A stretch of 64,000 bases of DNA, from positions 1-64,000 of the forward strand of contig JBFLZG010000033.1 in assembly GCA_040756235.1 (NCBI GenBank), written 5' to 3'. The DNA comes from a bacterium. Lineage in GTDB: Bacteria > Desulfobacterota > DSWW01. This document shows positions 59,981 through 64,000 of this stretch, piece after piece. The position numbers were made by a program, and so were the translations under genes. The first letter of the stretch is position 1; each line of letters begins with the position of its first letter. The notes beneath the pieces are model-generated. The model worked only from the letters and a program-made list of their open reading frames with translations, was not told the origin of the DNA and ran no database searches.

Positions 59981-60240
59981 ATCGGCTCCTTTCCCCGCCG
60001 CCTGAAGGCATCCCGAGCTTCCGTTGCAGAGCACCGCCCGCGAGCTGTCCCTCGTCCTGCCCTGGAGGGGCACTGGCGCGGACCGACGCCTGAAACCCGA
60101 AACCCGGTACCTGTCCCGCTGCATCCACCGTTGGCCGAGCGCGCGGAATTGTCAATACGCCCGAGCCGCGCCCTGACGACGATGCACTGCGCAGCCGATG
60201 ATTGCAGGGCAGTCGAATTTCTGATGAATGAGCGATGGAT

Positions 60241-60684
60241 CTAGTGGAGGTAGGGGGCGATCTTCTTCTCTTCGCACGCGATGAGCATGCTGATCCGCTC
60301 CTGGGCGAGCTGCAGCTTGCGCCACGCCTCGTCCAGCCTCGCCAGGTGGATTTCTCTCCTGAGGTAGTCCAGGTACAGATCCAGGATCAGCTCGCTCGAC
60401 GGCTCCAGCGCGGGAAAGTGAATGCCGTAGACGGAGGAAAGCTGGCCGCCGTTCCTCGCCGGCTCGTGCCAGACGATCCTGGCGTTCAGCTTCAGTCTGT
60501 CCACTTTGCCGGGCAGGGGAAGCTCAAAGGGAATGGTGGCATGCTCGTTCCAGAGGCACTGCGAGGTCTCTACGGCGCAGCCGGATCGAGAGATGTTCAG
60601 CACTCGGTACGAAAACGAGCCGCAGCCCCCCTGTGCTTCAACCTGACGGACCGGCAGGCGTTCGTCCCCTCTTCTCTCGTTCAT
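60241..60684 (-). CDS. PilZ domain protein
   Basis: RxxxR (ERRGDER) and NISRSG c-di-GMP-binding motifs; ARIVW..YGIHF. Confidence 0.85.
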   Translation of the reverse strand: MNERRGDERLPVRQVEAQGGCGSFSYRVLNISRSGCAVETSQCLWNEHATIPFELPLPGKVDRLKLNARIVWHEPARNGGQLSSVYGIHFPALEPSSELILDLYLDYLRREIHLARLDEAWRKLQLAQERISMLIACEEKKIAPYLH

Positions 60685-60743
60685 GACTTCCCTCGTGCGG
60701 CTGCGGCGTTTTGCGGGACAGGATCCCCTCAGCGCATGGGAAA

Positions 60744-60758
60744 TCAAGAAACGTGCCA
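60744..60758 (-). promoter_or_regulatory. Possible sigma54 promoter of the PilZ gene
   Basis: Minus strand TGGCAC-GTTTC-TTGA (variant -12 element), 60 nt upstream of the ATG. Confidence 0.45.
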
Positions 60759-61019
60759 GCCGCCTGCTCGCGGCGGTCCGGTCCCGAACGAGCCGGGTTT
60801 CACCTCCAATCGGCCAAAACCAAACGGTTCTCGTCGCTTCCTGTTCCCGCAAAGACCAGCCATCCTTGCGGCGCTGCTCGCCGCGGCTCCCTCCGACTTC
60901 TTCAATTGTGAAAATGTTTTCCTTCGCCGACGCTGCACAGCGGCTAGCCGTGCGCATTACCCACAAGTCCAATCTGAAAGATCACACTGACTCCGTCCGT
61001 CGTCCCGGCCCCGCCGCGT

Positions 61020-61158
61020 AGCGTGTGCGAGCCGGGATCCAGAAGTCTGCACAAGGGAACGGAGGTGTCATCACGCGGAGCAGGGACTGGACCCCGGCCT
61101 GCGCCGGGGTGACGGAACCGAGGAAACCGCGGCTGTCCGCTCCTTGGTCCTCCCGAAT
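61020..61158. repeat. Diverged copy of repeat family B
   Basis: GCGAGCCGGGATCC..TGCAC, CTGGACCCCGGCCTGCGCCGGGGTGACGGAA and GTCCTCCCGAATGA parallel 9790-9966. Confidence 0.6.
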
Positions 61159-61221
61159 GACAGTCTCGGGCTGGATTTGCGTTGCGTCCCTGATGGGCCG
61201 ACTTGTGGGTAAAGGGCAGGG

Positions 61222-62952
61222 CTAGCCGGCGGCGGGGGCAGACGTGCCATCCGGCTCCCCGACCTTGAGCACGACGAGCGTGATGTCGTCCTGCTGGGCG
61301 TGCTGGGGGTTCTGTCCGCCCAGGTGCTCCCAGACAGCCTGATAGAGGCCGTCCAGGATGTCCGTCGCGGGCCGCTCTCGGAGCCGTCGGAGGTATCGGA
61401 TGAACCGCCTCATGCCGAACGGCTCGCCCTCGGGGCTTTCCGCCTCGGTCAGCCCGTCCGTGTAGGCCACCAGGAGGTCGCCGGCGGAAAGGTCATACGA
61501 TTTTTCCTCGAAGTCCACGTCTGCCAGGAAGCCGATGGCCATGCCTTCGCCGTCGAGCAGGAGAGGCTCTTCCTCCTCTTGCTTGAGCAGCAGCGCCGGG
61601 TTGTGGCCGCCGTTGGCGTACAAGAGCCTGCGCTCCGTCGGGTCGTAGCTGAAGAATGCCATGGTGATGAAGAGCTCGGAAGAAGAGAGGTCCTCGAACA
61701 GGAGCCGATTGACGTCCTTGAGAAGCTGGCCCGGGCTCCGCCCTCGAACGGCCTCGCTCTGCAACAGCCCGCGCGTGATGGACATCATGATGCCGGCTCC
61801 GATGCTGTGGCCGCTCACGTCGGCCACCACGATCCCCACCCCCCCTTCCGGTGCCGGGAAGAAGTCGTAGTAGTCGCCTCCGACCCTCATGGCCGACACG
61901 CAACGACCCGCCAACTCGGTCCCGGGCAGGCAAGGCGCGTGCCTCGGCAGCAGATTTCTCTGCACCTCGCCGGCGATCTCCATCTCCTTCTGGATGCGTT
62001 CGTTCTCTTTGAGGTCACGTATCAACATGCTGTTGTAGATCGAAAGCGCCGCCTGGGAGCTGATGGCGGACAGGAGCTTCAGATCTCCGGCATGGTAGGT
62101 TCCCTGCGAAGGCTTGTCCGCCAGGTTGATGACCCCGATCACCTTCTCCTTGATCTTGAGCGGGCTCAGCAGAAGTGGCACGGAAAGAAACGACTCGGTC
62201 CGATACTCGCCCGGCCCGGGTGAGAGCACGCCGGGAAAATCCGCGAGGTCCTCGATCAAGAGCGGCTTGCCGGTCCGGATCACGTGCCCGCAGATACCCG
62301 TGTCCGTGCCGAGCACGAGCCCTTTGGCCACGTCTTCCGGGATCCCGGCCGACGCGATCACGCGCAGGGCGTTCAGCTTGGGGTCGACCAGGAGGATCGA
62401 GGCCTTCTCCGCGCCGATGACGTTCAACGCCTTGCGCAGCACGATCTCGCAGATTTCCCGGGTATTGAAGACCGCCCCCATTTCTTCGCTGAGCTCGTAG
62501 AGGAGATTGAGCTCCTCGTACTTGTTCAGGATCTCGCTCGAAAGACTGTCGACGTCGTATTCGGCCTGGATCCTCTGCTGCAGCCAGTCCGCGGCGAGCT
62601 TGAGGCTCTGGCGCGCCAGCCCCCGGTCAGGAACCCCTGCGAGGCAGCCGCGAATCTCGGCCACCCGCTGCTCCTGGAAACGCACTTCCTGGGTGATGAC
62701 CGATTCCTCGGGGGAGCAGGACGAGCCCCAGTAGGGGCAGCGGGTGCCGGCACCGGTCCCGGAAGCTCTGCAGGTCGAAGCGGAACCGGCCGGGTAGCCG
62801 TCAGGCGGCAGGGCGTACAGGAGACGGCCGCTGCCGTCCGCCACGACCGTGGGGATCTTCGCGGCCGCGAACAGGCTGAACAGAAAAGAACGGACCTTCT
62901 CCGTACACAGGGTCTCCCCGACCGTGGCGGTCAAATCCCGGTCCCACATCAT
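61222..62952 (-). CDS. GAF + PP2C/SpoIIE serine phosphatase (RsbU-like)
   Basis: GAF domain; VGGDYYDF, VADVSGH, ANGGH, YTDGLTEA, QDDITLVV. Confidence 0.92.
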   Translation of the reverse strand: MMWDRDLTATVGETLCTEKVRSFLFSLFAAAKIPTVVADGSGRLLYALPPDGYPAGSASTCRASGTGAGTRCPYWGSSCSPEESVITQEVRFQEQRVAEIRGCLAGVPDRGLARQSLKLAADWLQQRIQAEYDVDSLSSEILNKYEELNLLYELSEEMGAVFNTREICEIVLRKALNVIGAEKASILLVDPKLNALRVIASAGIPEDVAKGLVLGTDTGICGHVIRTGKPLLIEDLADFPGVLSPGPGEYRTESFLSVPLLLSPLKIKEKVIGVINLADKPSQGTYHAGDLKLLSAISSQAALSIYNSMLIRDLKENERIQKEMEIAGEVQRNLLPRHAPCLPGTELAGRCVSAMRVGGDYYDFFPAPEGGVGIVVADVSGHSIGAGIMMSITRGLLQSEAVRGRSPGQLLKDVNRLLFEDLSSSELFITMAFFSYDPTERRLLYANGGHNPALLLKQEEEEPLLLDGEGMAIGFLADVDFEEKSYDLSAGDLLVAYTDGLTEAESPEGEPFGMRRFIRYLRRLRERPATDILDGLYQAVWEHLGGQNPQHAQQDDITLVVLKVGEPDGTSAPAAG

Positions 62953-63530
62953 CTCGTATGGCCTCTAGGAGCTCTGCCGCTGCCGGGGACCGGCTCGCCG
63001 CCGGGCTTGCGCCGCCGCCGGCCCGCCGCCCGGGCGGCCCTGTCCTCACGCAGCAGATACAAGCAGTTCCACCGGGCCCCGCGACGCACGTAGCGGACCT
63101 CGGTCATGAGCTTCTTCATGAGAAAGATACCGTACCCGCCTTCGCGGGGCTGGGCCAGGTCGGGGGACGGCATGCGGGTGGGGTCGAAGGGGGGCCCTTC
63201 ATCGAGGACCAGGACCTCCAGGCCCTTACCGGCCCGGCGGATCGAGACGCCCAGCCTGCCGGTCGTGCCCGGAGCGTAGGCGTGACGGATGACGTTCGTA
63301 CAGGCTTCGATGACGGCGAGCTCGATCCGGTACCGCTCGTCGGAGCTCTCCCGGTACTCCTCGTCACGGGAGAGCGTCTGCTGCAGGAACCGGGACACGC
63401 TCTCGAGGCGCTCCATGTCCGACTCGACCCAGAGGAAGCGTCGCGGCCTTCCCGCGGCCGTGCTCCCGGGGCGGACAAAACGGCTGCGCGCGCAGATCAG
63501 GCCCGGGGCTTCCTTGTCGTGGTCCGGCAT
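62949..63530 (-). CDS. Anti-sigma factor / serine kinase (RsbW-like HATPase)
   Basis: IELAVIEACTNVIRHAY, D.GPPFDP, GGYGIFLM..LM..V.Y; start codon uncertain. Confidence 0.88.
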   Translation of the reverse strand: MPDHDKEAPGLICARSRFVRPGSTAAGRPRRFLWVESDMERLESVSRFLQQTLSRDEEYRESSDERYRIELAVIEACTNVIRHAYAPGTTGRLGVSIRRAGKGLEVLVLDEGPPFDPTRMPSPDLAQPREGGYGIFLMKKLMTEVRYVRRGARWNCLYLLREDRAARAAGRRRRKPGGEPVPGSGRAPRGHTR

Positions 63531-63858
63531 GCATCCCCCGAGAGGCTGTCGATAAATCCCCTCTCCCCCGAGCACGGGGGAGAGGGTCAGGGTGAGGGGG
63601 AAACACGAGCAGATCCACCCCTCATCCCGGCCTTCTCCCCTCGGCGAGGGGAGAAAGTGCGAAAATCCTGGTGAGTTGCCAGCTGTCTGTCGCCGGTTGT
63701 CAGCAAGAATGAAGGCACGGCTTGTGCCGCACCGATGTCCTCCTTCTCCCTTGTATCGACCGTTTCTCCCCCGTATCTTAGGGGCCCCTGCCCCTGCGAA
63801 GTTATTCTTGCGTGGCCCCTTAGAGGCTCCCCGAAAGCCTAGGGACCGGAGGCGACCG

Positions 63859-64000
63859 ATGCGCATCTATGCGGTGGCGGACATCCATGGCCGGGCCGAC
63901 AGGATGGCCCTGATCCGGGACAACGTCGAGAGGCATCGCCCCGACGTCCTGGTCGTGGCGGGAGACATCACGCACCGTGCGGCACCGCGCAGCGCCATCG
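63859..64000 (+). CDS. Metallophosphoesterase (partial, runs off window)
   Basis: MRIYAVADIHG ... PDVLVVAGDIT; GGAGG RBS. Confidence 0.85.
   Translation, partial: MRIYAVADIHGRADRMALIRDNVERHRPDVLVVAGDITHRAAPRSAI

Overview
High-GC chromosomal window, by gene content from an anaerobic Deltaproteobacteria/Desulfobacterota-like organism (inference). In order it carries: an mvhD - double-cubane-cluster protein (DCCP) - ATP-dependent activator - yedF operon flanked by inverted MITE-like repeats; yqeY, a 44-aa basic ORF, serS and selB; GDP-sugar genes (rmd-like, gmd, manC); a signalling operon (receiver, 7TM-PAS kinase, kinase-like/REC/GGDEF hybrid) behind a sigma54-like promoter; lipoproteins and hflKC; a TetR-M24 peptidase pair; asnS; a truncated UDP-glucose dehydrogenase; a two-permease RND exporter; a PerR-like regulator with a lone Ni-CO dehydrogenase (cooS); RidA; a GT-C/TPR glycosyltransferase; two secreted Cys-rich/CARDB proteins that look like one split gene; an ABC exporter plus acyl-reductase; glycerate kinase and an amidohydrolase; a liu-like acyl-CoA cluster with two HMG-CoA-lyase-family genes; PilZ; RsbU/RsbW-like genes; and a partial metallophosphoesterase. 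Intergenic DNA is rich in nested MITE/REP-like repeats. I recognised no rRNA, tRNA, CRISPR array or transposase. The best candidate for an undescribed system is the mvhD-DCCP-activator-yedF unit beside the selenocysteine machinery. All assignments come from reading motifs by eye, with no database searches.
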